A stretch of 64,000 nucleotides of DNA from an uncultured Spirochaetaceae bacterium (GCA_964545735.1 CAZJGS010000001.1:3726-67725), one strand, 5' to 3'. Counted from the stretch's first letter, positions 8,684 to 17,821 are shown. Notes: generated from the letters alone by a model not told the origin. Program-made: numbers and translations.

Positions 8684-9422
8684 ATCTCTTTTCAAACCAC
8701 ACTTCATTTATATTATAATCTAAATTAACACCACGTCTCTCATATTTAGTGGTGGGTCTCCACTCTCTACTTGGAGCAAAACCATCAAAAGGATTAACTA
8801 AATCATCACTTTTTCCCAATACTTCCAACATTTGATCAGCGTATTCACTCCAATCGGTGACACAATAAATATAACCCTCGGTTTTTAATTTCTTTGATAA
8901 GAGGTTTGTGAAATCTCTCTGAATCAATCTTCTTTTATGATGTTTTTTCTTAGGCCAAGGGTCAGGAAAAAATATATGAAACCCAGAAATAGAATTATCT
9001 TCAATCATATCAGTTAAAACAGCTACTGCATCAAATCTCATCAATCTAACATTTTCTATTTGCTCTTCCCCTATAACTGATAATAACTTTGTATAACCAT
9101 TTAAAAAAACTTCAATGGCTAAATAATTATATTCATCTCTTACTTTTGCAATTCTTTGGGTAGATTCACCTGTACCAAAACCAATTTCTATAATAACTGG
9201 TTTATCATTGTTAAAAATTTTCTTAAAATTTAATTTCTCATTATTATAACCAATACCAAAGTGTTTATAATAATTTTTCACAGCATCAAGTTGAAAAGTA
9301 TGCAGTTTATTTGTTCTCAAAACAAATGAATGAACTTTCTTTTTGTCAGGATTTATATCCTTTTTCTCAACAATTGCTAACTCCGGATATTCATCATATA
9401 TTGATTGTGCTTTTTCTTTCAT
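8682..9422 (-). CDS. trmB: tRNA (guanine46-N7)-methyltransferase
   Basis: IEIGFGTGEST SAM motif and FPDPWPKKKHHKRR signature. It lies 10 nt downstream of mfd. Confidence 0.9.
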   Translation of the reverse strand: MKEKAQSIYDEYPELAIVEKKDINPDKKKVHSFVLRTNKLHTFQLDAVKNYYKHFGIGYNNEKLNFKKIFNNDKPVIIEIGFGTGESTQRIAKVRDEYNYLAIEVFLNGYTKLLSVIGEEQIENVRLMRFDAVAVLTDMIEDNSISGFHIFFPDPWPKKKHHKRRLIQRDFTNLLSKKLKTEGYIYCVTDWSEYADQMLEVLGKSDDLVNPFDGFAPSREWRPTTKYERRGVNLDYNINEVWFEKR

Positions 9423-9431
9423 ATCTCTCCC

Positions 9432-12400
9432 CTACAATAATCTTTGAAGCATTTCTAAAATAAATAAACTCTTATCTTTTAGAGAAATCGCTTCAGTTTT
9501 TAACTTAATATATTCAGGTCGTCTAGTATCATAACTGACTGCGCCATTGCTATATGGTAAAAGTCTTAACAATTTTTCACCATTTATATATTTTATTGCT
9601 CTAAATTTGGCCAACACATTACCCTTTCTTTCAGTCAAATGTATTATCTTTAATTTTCTGCAAACAATCTTTAATTCAGCTATGTGGATTAGGTTATTGA
9701 CTTCTTCTGGCATTTCTCCAAATCTATCAAGTAATTCACTGTTAAGCATATTTAATTCAGTTTCTGTTTTTACAGTAGCAATCTTTTTATAAATTTCGAA
9801 TTTAACTGAAGGATCTTGTATATATTCATCTGGAATAAAGCCTGTATAATCTAATTCAAGGAAAACCTCTTGCTCTAACTCTTCTTTATTATTAGCTCTA
9901 AGTTCATTAATAGCTTCATCGAGAATTCTAATATACATATCAAGACCGACTGAAGCTAATTGACCACTTTGCTGTTTACCCAACAAATTACCGGCTCCTC
10001 TAATTTCCATATCTCGCATGGATACTTTAAAGCCAGCACCGAGCCCTGTATTTTCACTAATAGTTTTTAATCTTTTTACAGCAATCTCACTAAGAGTTTT
10101 TTCACCTGGATAAAATAAATAAGCATAAGCTTTATTTTCTGATCGACCAACTCTTCCCCGTAATTGATATAGTTGAGCGATTCCATACATATCGGCTCTA
10201 TCAATAATAATAGTATTAACATTAGGAATATCGATTCCGTTTTCAATTATAGTTGTTGAAACTAAAACTTGAATGCCTTCATGAACAAAACGTCTCATAG
10301 TATCTTCTAAAGCTTTGGGATTCATTTGGCCGTGAGCAGACTCTATTACAACCTCTGGAAGTAAATTACTAAGCATCTTTACCACGGCATCGAGTGATTC
10401 GACTCTATTGTGCAAATAGAATACCTGACCTCCACGACTAATTTCTTTTCTTATAGATTGAACCACTAATTCAATATCAAATTCCAAAATTTTAGTTGCT
10501 ATTGGATGACGTGATATTGGAGGTGTTGCTAATAGAGACATATCTCTAATTTTCAAAAGAGACATATATAAAGTTCTAGGAATTGGAGTGGCTGAAAGAG
10601 CTAAACTATCTATACTATTTCTAACTGTTTTTATCTTTTCTTTATCTTTTACCCCAAACCTTTGCTCTTCATCAATAATCAATAAACCTAAGTCTTTATA
10701 AATAATATCTTTTTGTAATATTCTATGGGTTCCAAATAAAACATCTATTTTCCCATCTATCAAAGAAATTAAAGTCTTTTTTTGATCTTTTTTCGAAATT
10801 ACCCTAGATAAAAGTCCCACATTTATTGGAAAATCTTTAACTCTCTCTACAAAATTATTAAAATGCTGTTCAGCTAAGATTGTTGTTGGAGCTAAAAAAG
10901 CTACTTGCTTATTACTCAATACACATTTAAAAACAGCTCTAAATGCAATTTCAGTTTTACCAAAACCAACATCACCACAAACGAGTCTATCCATGACACT
11001 ATTGCTTTCCATATCGAGTTTAATATCATCAATACACTGTAATTGATCCACTGTTTCTTGGTATGGGAAAAGTGCCTCAAATTGGAGTTGCATATCATTA
11101 TCTTTTTCAAAAGGGAAACCAATAGCAGCTTTTCTTTTTGCATACAATTGTATCAAATATTTGGCCAATTCCTCAGCATTTACACGAGCTTTTGCTTTCT
11201 TTTTTTCCCAATTAGCCGAACCAATTTTATCTAAAGTTGGTTTGCCTGAGGAAGATCCAATATAGCGTTGAACCAAGTTTGCTTGCTCAATTGGTACATA
11301 AATATTATCACCATTTGCATAAGCTATTTTAATGTAATCTCTTTCTCTATCAAAAGATTTAACTCTGTCAATTTTTAAAAATTTACCGATACCATAATTA
11401 ACATGAACAACATAATCCCCTTCATGTAAATCCACAAAAGAATCTAAGGGAGAGCTTTTTGTATGCTGCAAGGTTTTAATTAGTTGTTTTCTTCTACCAA
11501 AAATTTCAAATTCACAAAAAGCAATCAATTTTATTGAAGGAATAGAAAATCCTTGTGAGATTTCATAATCCATATATTTTATCTGGTTATATTCTTTAAG
11601 CATTTGCATAAGTCTTTGTTTTTGGATTGGATTGCTAGTAAAAATATAAACTTTCCAATTTGCCTTAAACATTGTATCGAGTTCGCCCTTCAGTCTGGTA
11701 AAATCACCAAAGAAAGAGCGAGGCCCCTCTACATCAAAACTATAAGCGTCATTCGACTCATTTTTTATATCAACTAAAGTCATCTTATATTTTACAGAGT
11801 TGTAGAACGTCTCAAAATCAAACAATATTTTATCATAAGATTCTATTGTTTTGTCTTTATGGTAATTTTCTCTGTACAAACTTTTAGCCTCAGAGATTAA
11901 ACTCTTATAACTTGTTTTCAATCTAACATCACCGATAAAACAGAAATAATCATCACTTCTGAAATAAGAATCAATCTTAGAAAAGTCTATAGAGGTATCA
12001 TCTTCACTGAGTAAAGAAATTGTAATTTTGTTTATGCTTTTTAAAGTTTCCTGTGTTAAGGAATCAAATATTGAAATTTTTTCAATTTCATCCCAATTGG
12101 CATATATTCTAATAGGTTGCTCAAATGAGAAAGGATAAATATCTAATACCTCTCCTCTGAGAGTAAACTCTCCTGGCATAGTAGTACTTGGAACTCTAAT
12201 ATACCCCGCTTCACTAAAAACTTGGGCTATTTTTGTTGGTTCAAATTTATCATTTACTTTAATTGTAAAAGAAGTATTATCTAAAGATTTTGGACTAACA
12301 ACCTCAGAGGCAAAAGCCCTTAAATGAGTTACTACTATAGCATTCTTAGAGTCATTAATTTTCGATAAAGCCTCTAATTGATTGTATTCATCTCTGCCGC

Positions 12401-12728
12401 TTTCAAAATCACTATATAAGGTTTTACCATTAGAGGGTAAATAATGAATTGCAACTTCAATATTCTTTTTATCCAAATTATAAATTCTATTTTTAGTATT
12501 TATATCTTGAGCAAAATCTTTTAAAAGGCTTTTTGCACTATCTTTAGTGGAGCAAATTACCCAAATTCTTTTTCCTCTGGTTCTATAAATTCTTCTGATA
12601 AATTGAGCTAAAACAAAGCCCTCTAAGGAGGTAATGTTTAGAGAATCTACCCCTGAATTTAATTCTTTAAAGGCTTTACTAGTTTTTAGGTATTGTTGTA
12701 TTTGGTTTGTTATATTATTATTTTCCAT
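9432..12728 (-). CDS. mfd: Transcription-repair coupling factor
   Basis: UvrB-homology N-terminus, CarD/RNAP-interacting domain (GDYVVHVNYGIGKF), SF2 helicase motifs (GDVGFGKTE, DEEQRFG, TATPIPRT) and a TRCF C-terminal domain. Start trimmed to the ATG at 12728 (MENNN). Confidence 0.93.
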   Translation of the reverse strand: MENNNITNQIQQYLKTSKAFKELNSGVDSLNITSLEGFVLAQFIRRIYRTRGKRIWVICSTKDSAKSLLKDFAQDINTKNRIYNLDKKNIEVAIHYLPSNGKTLYSDFESGRDEYNQLEALSKINDSKNAIVVTHLRAFASEVVSPKSLDNTSFTIKVNDKFEPTKIAQVFSEAGYIRVPSTTMPGEFTLRGEVLDIYPFSFEQPIRIYANWDEIEKISIFDSLTQETLKSINKITISLLSEDDTSIDFSKIDSYFRSDDYFCFIGDVRLKTSYKSLISEAKSLYRENYHKDKTIESYDKILFDFETFYNSVKYKMTLVDIKNESNDAYSFDVEGPRSFFGDFTRLKGELDTMFKANWKVYIFTSNPIQKQRLMQMLKEYNQIKYMDYEISQGFSIPSIKLIAFCEFEIFGRRKQLIKTLQHTKSSPLDSFVDLHEGDYVVHVNYGIGKFLKIDRVKSFDRERDYIKIAYANGDNIYVPIEQANLVQRYIGSSSGKPTLDKIGSANWEKKKAKARVNAEELAKYLIQLYAKRKAAIGFPFEKDNDMQLQFEALFPYQETVDQLQCIDDIKLDMESNSVMDRLVCGDVGFGKTEIAFRAVFKCVLSNKQVAFLAPTTILAEQHFNNFVERVKDFPINVGLLSRVISKKDQKKTLISLIDGKIDVLFGTHRILQKDIIYKDLGLLIIDEEQRFGVKDKEKIKTVRNSIDSLALSATPIPRTLYMSLLKIRDMSLLATPPISRHPIATKILEFDIELVVQSIRKEISRGGQVFYLHNRVESLDAVVKMLSNLLPEVVIESAHGQMNPKALEDTMRRFVHEGIQVLVSTTIIENGIDIPNVNTIIIDRADMYGIAQLYQLRGRVGRSENKAYAYLFYPGEKTLSEIAVKRLKTISENTGLGAGFKVSMRDMEIRGAGNLLGKQQSGQLASVGLDMYIRILDEAINELRANNKEELEQEVFLELDYTGFIPDEYIQDPSVKFEIYKKIATVKTETELNMLNSELLDRFGEMPEEVNNLIHIAELKIVCRKLKIIHLTERKGNVLAKFRAIKYINGEKLLRLLPYSNGAVSYDTRRPEYIKLKTEAISLKDKSLFILEMLQRLL

Positions 12729-12784
12729 AAGATGGCTTAGCTTATCATATTTAAATAAGGCTAGACAAGAAAAAGGGAATGATA

Positions 12785-13603
12785 ATGCAAAAATATTACT
12801 TGAGTACGGATAAATTAGATATACTTTTTGAAGAAATGATAGATTGTGCAAATTTTGCAAAACAAATTCAAAAAAAGATAATTAGAGAATATAAAAAAGA
12901 TGGATCTGTACTAACTAAAGCAGACATTGAAATTTCAAATAGAATAATTAACAAGATAAATATTTTATTTAAAGATTGTAACGTGGTAAGTGAAGAAACA
13001 ATTACACCCTTTAATACAAGTGCACCATATACCTTTGTATTAGATCCTATAGATGGAACAGATGTATATTCACAAGGACTCCCCTCTTTTGCCATTGCTC
13101 TAGGAATTTTAGACAACAATAGAAAGCCTGTGGGAGCAATGATAATAGCCCCACGCTTTGGTATAGCACAAGAAGAATTACAAATAAGGTTAGACCCTGA
13201 TAAAGATCTATTAATCGACAATGAGATATTTAGTTATAAGAAAGAATACAAAGAAATTTCACAGCTTGCAATAAGCTCAAAACTTCAAAAAAGCCTTGCT
13301 TTTAGCAAATATAGTGGTAAAGTAAGAACTTTTGGATCTTCAATACTTCATATATTATCCCCTGTTATTTTTTCAAATATCGATGGATGCATTAACCAAA
13401 GGGCATTTGCCTGGGATATGGTAGCATCCCACGCGGTTTTAGAAAAACTAAATCTTAAGCTCTTATACTCTGATAAAACCCCTCTAATTTACGATGATAA
13501 TTTATTAGTAGAGAGAAAGGTGTGTAAAGATATAATCTACTGTGGTAGTGAAAAATGTATTAATAAAATGATACAAACACTACCACAAATAACAACTGAT
13601 TAA
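12785..13603 (+). CDS. Inositol monophosphatase family protein (SuhB/CysQ-like)
   Basis: VLDPIDGT metal-binding motif, WDMVASHAVL motif and SEET. Start set to the ATG at 12785, downstream of AAGGGAA. Confidence 0.8.
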   Translation: MQKYYLSTDKLDILFEEMIDCANFAKQIQKKIIREYKKDGSVLTKADIEISNRIINKINILFKDCNVVSEETITPFNTSAPYTFVLDPIDGTDVYSQGLPSFAIALGILDNNRKPVGAMIIAPRFGIAQEELQIRLDPDKDLLIDNEIFSYKKEYKEISQLAISSKLQKSLAFSKYSGKVRTFGSSILHILSPVIFSNIDGCINQRAFAWDMVASHAVLEKLNLKLLYSDKTPLIYDDNLLVERKVCKDIIYCGSEKCINKMIQTLPQITTD

Positions 13604-14292
13604 AAAGTATCTTTTATTTTACCTTCGTCATACCATTTCTTAGCCAAATAAAGAAATGGTGTATCTAATAAAGCTACAAACCATTTTAATATATAAGTGG
13701 AGAGAACTATTTGATATAAGACATCCATTTCAAAAATGCCATAGAAGGCAATGAAGGTAAATAAAACAGAATCAATCAATTGGGAAATAAAGGTAGAAGC
13801 ATTATTTCTGAGCCAAATCATCTTATTTGATGGAAATTTCTTCTTCCAAAATTCATATGCAATAATATCGTGATGATTACTTATAAAATAAGCTATTAAG
13901 GATGCCACCATTAATCTTGGCATAAAGGAAAAAATAGTAACCATCGATTCTTGAACAAAATCAGAAGGTGCTGCTTGGAATCTAATTGCAACTTGCATCA
14001 TCACAGTCATGCAAATTAGGGCAAAAAAACCAATACCAATGGCTTTACGACTTTCTTTTTTAGAAAAGCATTCACTTAGTATATCTGTGACAAGAAAGCT
14101 AGTAGCATATACAATATTACCAAGAGTAGCTTCTAAGCCAAACAGATTAACCGTTTTTGTTACTTGAATGTTAGCAATAATTACAGAGATTGGAATCCAA
14201 AGGTATAAACCTAATTTACCCCAAATACGATAAGCAAACAAAATTGCTCCAAAATTGATTATAAGCAATCCCGCCCATAATAACTCATTCAT
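13600..14292 (-). CDS. yhhQ: Queuosine-precursor transporter family membrane protein (YhhQ/VUT, COG1738)
   Basis: Six-TM protein with ANI.V.K...LFG...T.G...YA.SFL.TD and SQLIDS motifs characteristic of the YhhQ family. GAGG RBS 7 nt upstream. Confidence 0.8.
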   Translation of the reverse strand: MNELLWAGLLIINFGAILFAYRIWGKLGLYLWIPISVIIANIQVTKTVNLFGLEATLGNIVYATSFLVTDILSECFSKKESRKAIGIGFFALICMTVMMQVAIRFQAAPSDFVQESMVTIFSFMPRLMVASLIAYFISNHHDIIAYEFWKKKFPSNKMIWLRNNASTFISQLIDSVLFTFIAFYGIFEMDVLYQIVLSTYILKWFVALLDTPFLYLAKKWYDEGKIKDTF

Positions 14293-14299
14293 AAAAATA

Positions 14300-14410
14300 C
14301 CTCACAAGGATAGAGTAGCCGGAAGCAAAAAGCTTCCCTACGCCAGAAAAGATAGTACCTGGTCCAAGCGCACAATGTGCTTTTGAGAATATAACACACT
14401 TGGCCCCTTA
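14300..14410 (-). promoter_or_regulatory. GC-rich multi-stem 5' leader of the yhhQ-like gene (candidate riboswitch)
   Basis: Nested or adjacent helices, read on the minus strand: GGTCCAAG/CTTGGCC, GCAC/GTGC, CCAG/CTGG, and GTAG-GGAAGC/GCTTCC-CTAC. The element ends at the SD (GAGG). It is visibly more GC-rich than its flanks. Confidence 0.45.
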
Positions 14411-14435
14411 ATTAAAAGAGACCTATTAATTTTAA

Positions 14436-15410
14436 TTAAACTAAATTTACTAGTTTTTCACCCCTTTCATATGCTGCTATATTTTCAATAGTAGTATGAG
14501 CAATGTTTTTCAAAGCTTCCTCAGTTAAAAAAGCTTGGTGACTTGTTACAATTACATTAGGCATTGAAATCAATAACATAAGAGTATCATCATCTAAAAC
14601 AGCTTCACTTTGGTCTTCAAAGAATATGCCTGCTTCCTCTTCATATACGTCTAAGGCAGCTGAGCCAACCTTTCTACTTCTAATTCCTTGTAGTAGCGCC
14701 TGAGCATCTACTAAGGCACCTCTAGATGTATTTACTATAACAACACCATCCTTCATTATCTTAATGGTATCAGCGTTTACCATATGATGGGTGTCCTTGG
14801 TCAAAGGACAGTGAAAACTAATAATGTCAGATTTTCTACAAAGAGTTTCAAAATCTACATATTCAGCTTCCAACTCCTTATTCGGATAAGGATCATAAGC
14901 TAATACTTTCATATTAAAGCCTTTACATATATCAATAAAGACTTTACCTATTGTACCAGTACCTACTACACCTATAGTTTTTTTATAAAGATCAAAACCA
15001 ACTAAACCATTTAAGGAAAAATTAAATTCTCTAGTTCTAACATAACTGTGATTAATCTTTCTAACTGAAGCTAGAAGTAAAGCCATAGCATGTTCAGCTA
15101 CAGCATATGGAGAGTAGGAAGGAACTCTTACAACCTTTAACCCTCTTTCATTAGCACATTTAATATCAACATTATTATATCCAGCAGATCTCATAGCTAA
15201 TAGCTTAACCCCTAAATCTACCAAACCATTAATTACTCTCCCATTTATATCATCATTGACAAAAGCAATAACAACTTCAAAGCCTTTTACTAGAAAATAA
15301 TTTTTATCATTTAATCTAGCTTCAAAATAAACTATTTCATCGTTTTCTCTTTTCGATATTTCGAACCATTTTGTATCAAATTTTTTTGTATCAAAAAATG
15401 CAATTCTCAT
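14436..15410 (-). CDS. ldhA: D-lactate dehydrogenase / D-isomer-specific 2-hydroxyacid dehydrogenase
   Basis: GVVGTGTIGKVF NAD-binding motif and the D-2-HADH catalytic region. Start trimmed to the ATG at 15410, which has AAGGAG upstream; the ORF-track start is TTG. Confidence 0.85.
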   Translation of the reverse strand: MRIAFFDTKKFDTKWFEISKRENDEIVYFEARLNDKNYFLVKGFEVVIAFVNDDINGRVINGLVDLGVKLLAMRSAGYNNVDIKCANERGLKVVRVPSYSPYAVAEHAMALLLASVRKINHSYVRTREFNFSLNGLVGFDLYKKTIGVVGTGTIGKVFIDICKGFNMKVLAYDPYPNKELEAEYVDFETLCRKSDIISFHCPLTKDTHHMVNADTIKIMKDGVVIVNTSRGALVDAQALLQGIRSRKVGSAALDVYEEEAGIFFEDQSEAVLDDDTLMLLISMPNVIVTSHQAFLTEEALKNIAHTTIENIAAYERGEKLVNLV

Positions 15411-15547
15411 ATTCCTTTTCTCCTTTATCAATATTTATAATTATTAAAATTTTATTTTAATAACAATGATTTTACAATGACAAATAAGAAAATATTAATA
15501 GATAGATACAAATAATTAATGTTTTTATATTTTTTTTTAAAAAGTAG

Positions 15548-15576
15548 TTGACTATATTGCGAATCTGTTCTAATTT
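15548..15576 (+). promoter_or_regulatory. Sigma70-type promoter for tRNA-Tyr
   Basis: TTGACT (15548-15553), 17-nt spacer, TAATTT (15571-15576), about 22 nt upstream of the tRNA 5' end. Confidence 0.55.
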
Positions 15577-15598
15577 CTACTTGTGTTTGACACACATT

Positions 15599-15680
15599 GG
15601 GGAGGTTCCCGAGCGGTCAAAGGGGGCAGACTGTAAATCTGTTGGCTCAGCCTTCGAAGGTTCGAATCCTTCTCTCCCCA
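15599..15680 (+). tRNA. tRNA-Tyr (anticodon GTA), long variable arm, CCA not encoded
   Basis: GGGGAGG acceptor pairs with TCTCCCC. D-arm is CCCGAGCGGTCAAAGGG, anticodon loop is CTGTAAA, T-arm is GAAGGTTCGAATCCTTC. It closely resembles E. coli tRNA-Tyr. Confidence 0.93.
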
Positions 15681-15682
15681 GT

Positions 15683-15714
15683 AGCTTCTTTCTTAATTGA
15701 AAGAAGCTTTTTTT
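15683..15714 (+). terminator. Rho-independent terminator after tRNA-Tyr
   Basis: AGCTTCTTTC (15683-15692) pairs with GAAAGAAGCT (15699-15708), followed by a T6 run. Confidence 0.85.
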
Positions 15715-15807
15715 ATCTTTATTCAAAATCCTTTTTTTATAAATATATCAAACTCTTCTTGTATTTTCATATTTCTTTAGTATCATATAAGTATATCGGA
15801 GGATTTT

Positions 15808-16266
15808 ATGGCATATTTAGAAATTGGAAATGAGGCTATCGATTTTGAATTACCTAATAAAAATGGTGATTTAATTAAATTGAGCAATTTTAAAGGAAAG
15901 AAGATAATTCTTTACTTTTACCCTAAAGACAATACACCAGGTTGTACTCTCGAAGCTCAAGATTTTAAAACTAATCTTGAAGCTTTTAAAGCAAAAAATG
16001 CAGTGGTATTTGGAATAAGCAAAGACAGTGTTAAATCTCATTGTGGCTTTAGTGATAAGTTAGAGTTAAACTTCGAACTTCTAAGTGATGAAGAAGCAAA
16101 AGTAATTAAAGAATATGGAATTTGGCAATTAAAAAAGAACTATGGAAAAGAATATTTTGGTATTGTTAGATCAACTTATATCATTGATGAAAGTTTCAAA
16201 ATCAAAAATATTTACAAAGTTAGTAAAGTTGCTAAGCACGTGGAAAAAATATTAGAAGAATTATAA
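15808..16266 (+). CDS. bcp: Thioredoxin-dependent thiol peroxidase (peroxiredoxin Bcp)
   Basis: YFYPKDNTPGCTLEA peroxidatic-Cys motif and AhpC/TSA fold. GGAGG RBS. Confidence 0.9.
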   Translation: MAYLEIGNEAIDFELPNKNGDLIKLSNFKGKKIILYFYPKDNTPGCTLEAQDFKTNLEAFKAKNAVVFGISKDSVKSHCGFSDKLELNFELLSDEEAKVIKEYGIWQLKKNYGKEYFGIVRSTYIIDESFKIKNIYKVSKVAKHVEKILEEL

Positions 16267-16452
16267 TTTTTTTAAATTCATAGTTATTTATTATAACTAT
16301 AAACACTAGTTAAGTAAGTATTTGCCTATATTTCACCTAAAACGTCAATTAATCCTTATAAATATAGGGTTTTGACGTTTTTTTAAGAATTTTTGATTGC
16401 TTTTTAAAATAAGTGTGCTAAAATTTTATTATATTTTAAATGGAGGCTATTA

Positions 16453-16635
16453 ATGACTACTCATGAACAACTGTTACAATTTTTCGAAGATTATCAAGCT
16501 GAAAACGCAAAGTTTACAGAAAAAGGTGTGAAGGCTTCTGCCGCTCGTGCACGTAAAGCCCTTTCAGAAATTTCTAACTTATGTAAACTTCGCAGAAAAG
16601 AGATAATGGAAGAAAAAGCAGAAATGTCAAAATAG
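16453..16635 (+). CDS. Histone H1-like (Hc1-family) small DNA-binding protein
   Basis: The 60-aa protein contains EKGVKASAARARKALSEISNLCKLRRKE. This resembles the chlamydial Hc1 N-terminal motif EKGNKAAAQRVR...K..K.YRKE (recalled from memory). GGAGG RBS. Confidence 0.6.
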   Translation: MTTHEQLLQFFEDYQAENAKFTEKGVKASAARARKALSEISNLCKLRRKEIMEEKAEMSK

Positions 16636-16669
16636 TTAAAGCTATTATCATCTCATTATTGAGTACACT

Positions 16670-16693
16670 AAACCCCACATTTATGTGGGGTTT
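16670..16693. terminator. Bidirectional terminator between the Hc1-like gene and the NTPase gene
   Basis: AAACCCCACA (16670-16679) pairs with TGTGGGGTTT (16684-16693) around a TTTA loop. Confidence 0.75.
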
Positions 16694-16697
16694 ACTA

Positions 16698-17162
16698 TTA
16701 TACTCTTATTATTTCAAAATCTTCAAACTTATATTTTTTACAAACGTCTTCAACATATTTATCCCGTACACAAATTATCAAATCCTTATCTATTTGTATC
16801 AAATTCTCGATCAAATCATGGTAGCCCGAACTCGATAGTTCCAAAGCTCCTACTTCATCTAATACAATAACAATATCTTTATTACAATTTTCCTCTACTT
16901 GAGATAGCAAACTCTTTTTAGCACTCTCAAAGGAATTAGGGACAATATAAAATTTACCTATTTTTTGATTGTATTCACACAGGTGTGTTTGAAGAAGTCG
17001 GATTATTTCATTAGACATTACATTTCTCAAATAAAAAATGTTTTTATTTGAAGAGCTTTCGCAAATATAACCTAAATATAAGCAATCTTTTTGTGATACT
17101 ATTTTCTTTAAAGTTGTTGTTTTAGCAGAATTCTGTTTTCCGCTTATAATTGTAACTTTCAT
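16698..17162 (-). CDS. THEP1/NTPase_1-like P-loop NTPase with atypical Walker A
   Basis: ISGKQNSAKTT has a Walker A-like layout with Ala at the second Gly position. IVIVLDEVG is a Walker B. The overall layout resembles archaeal/bacterial THEP1-type NTPases. Confidence 0.55.
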   Translation of the reverse strand: MKVTIISGKQNSAKTTTLKKIVSQKDCLYLGYICESSSNKNIFYLRNVMSNEIIRLLQTHLCEYNQKIGKFYIVPNSFESAKKSLLSQVEENCNKDIVIVLDEVGALELSSSGYHDLIENLIQIDKDLIICVRDKYVEDVCKKYKFEDFEIIRV

Positions 17163-17167
17163 TTTTT

Positions 17168-17821
17168 CTAATTCAAAAAGGCTTGTAGCTCAGCAAAAGC
17201 TTTCATAGAATCTTCTCTTTTTATAACAAAAGTTAATTCATTTTTAGTTGATAATATTTCAATCACATTTATTTTTTCCCAAGCTAGTTTTCTCACAGCC
17301 TCATATACTATTCCTGGTGTTTGTAAAAAATCACCAGAAAACACTAATGAGAGAGCTACTAAATCATCCATTTTATGCAGAATTTCCTCATCTTTGGCTA
17401 AAAATTCTAATAATTGGCGATGCTTTTCGCTTATTGCCACTGAAATTTCATGACTTCCAAGTGAAACATTTAAAAAATCACCTTTTTCAGTAGAAACTTC
17501 ATTATATAATTTTGATAATTTAGCTAAAAATTTATCATTTCTAACAATATTTAAATCGAAGATTTTGGTTTTCATGATAATTTCATAATCAACATCAGTT
17601 TTTTTCTCTATTTCTTCTTTTGCTCTCAATTCATCACCATAACGCCTGATAGCCATAACAATAGCACTATGTTTAACAACTCTGCCATAGTTCAATTCAA
17701 CATCAGCTTTGATAGATGAAGCATAATTGCTATAGGATAGTATTCCTTTAACTAACATTTCATTTATAAAAGGCGTTTTATCTATAATTTTCTTTACACA
17801 ACTACTTACTGAATCTGCCAT
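17168..17821 (-). CDS. ACT-domain-containing protein (aspartokinase-regulatory-domain-like)
   Basis: The C-terminal half has tandem ACT-like segments (LNVSLGSHEISVAIS; VALSLVFSGDFLQTPGIVYEAVRKLAWEKINVIEILSTKNELTFVIKRED..KAFAELQAF) but no kinase domain. GGAGG RBS. Confidence 0.55.
   Translation of the reverse strand: MADSVSSCVKKIIDKTPFINEMLVKGILSYSNYASSIKADVELNYGRVVKHSAIVMAIRRYGDELRAKEEIEKKTDVDYEIIMKTKIFDLNIVRNDKFLAKLSKLYNEVSTEKGDFLNVSLGSHEISVAISEKHRQLLEFLAKDEEILHKMDDLVALSLVFSGDFLQTPGIVYEAVRKLAWEKINVIEILSTKNELTFVIKREDSMKAFAELQAFLN

Noticed and set aside
12729-12860. N-terminal extensions of ORF-track models. Examples: mfd to 12860, metG to 54652, ldhA to 15431, rpsB to 31734, rplI to 41048, the DUF2232 gene to 41964, argC to 57148, argD to 60334 and the D-TA gene to 52263.
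   Set aside because: The upstream portions use TTG or other weak starts, or overlap neighbouring genes, and encode non-conserved junk. In each case an internal ATG preceded by a GGAG-type SD matches the conserved protein N-terminus.
14300-14410. Possibility that the GC-rich element is SRP (4.5S) RNA or another housekeeping RNA
   Set aside because: I could not find the conserved SRP domain IV features (GGAA tetraloop with flanking AGCA/GGA symmetric loop) on either strand. Its position directly abutting the yhhQ SD favours a cis-regulatory leader.
15599-15714. Integration hotspot or genomic island at tRNA-Tyr
   Set aside because: There is no integrase, no direct repeat of the tRNA 3' end, and no compositional shift. 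The flanking genes (ldhA, bcp) are ordinary housekeeping genes.
15597-15833. 78-aa ORF starting MGRFPSGQRG
   Set aside because: It is read straight through the tRNA-Tyr gene and its terminator, so it is an artefact.
16685-16870. 61-aa plus-strand ORF after the Hc1-like gene
   Set aside because: It starts inside the bidirectional terminator and runs antisense to the NTPase gene.
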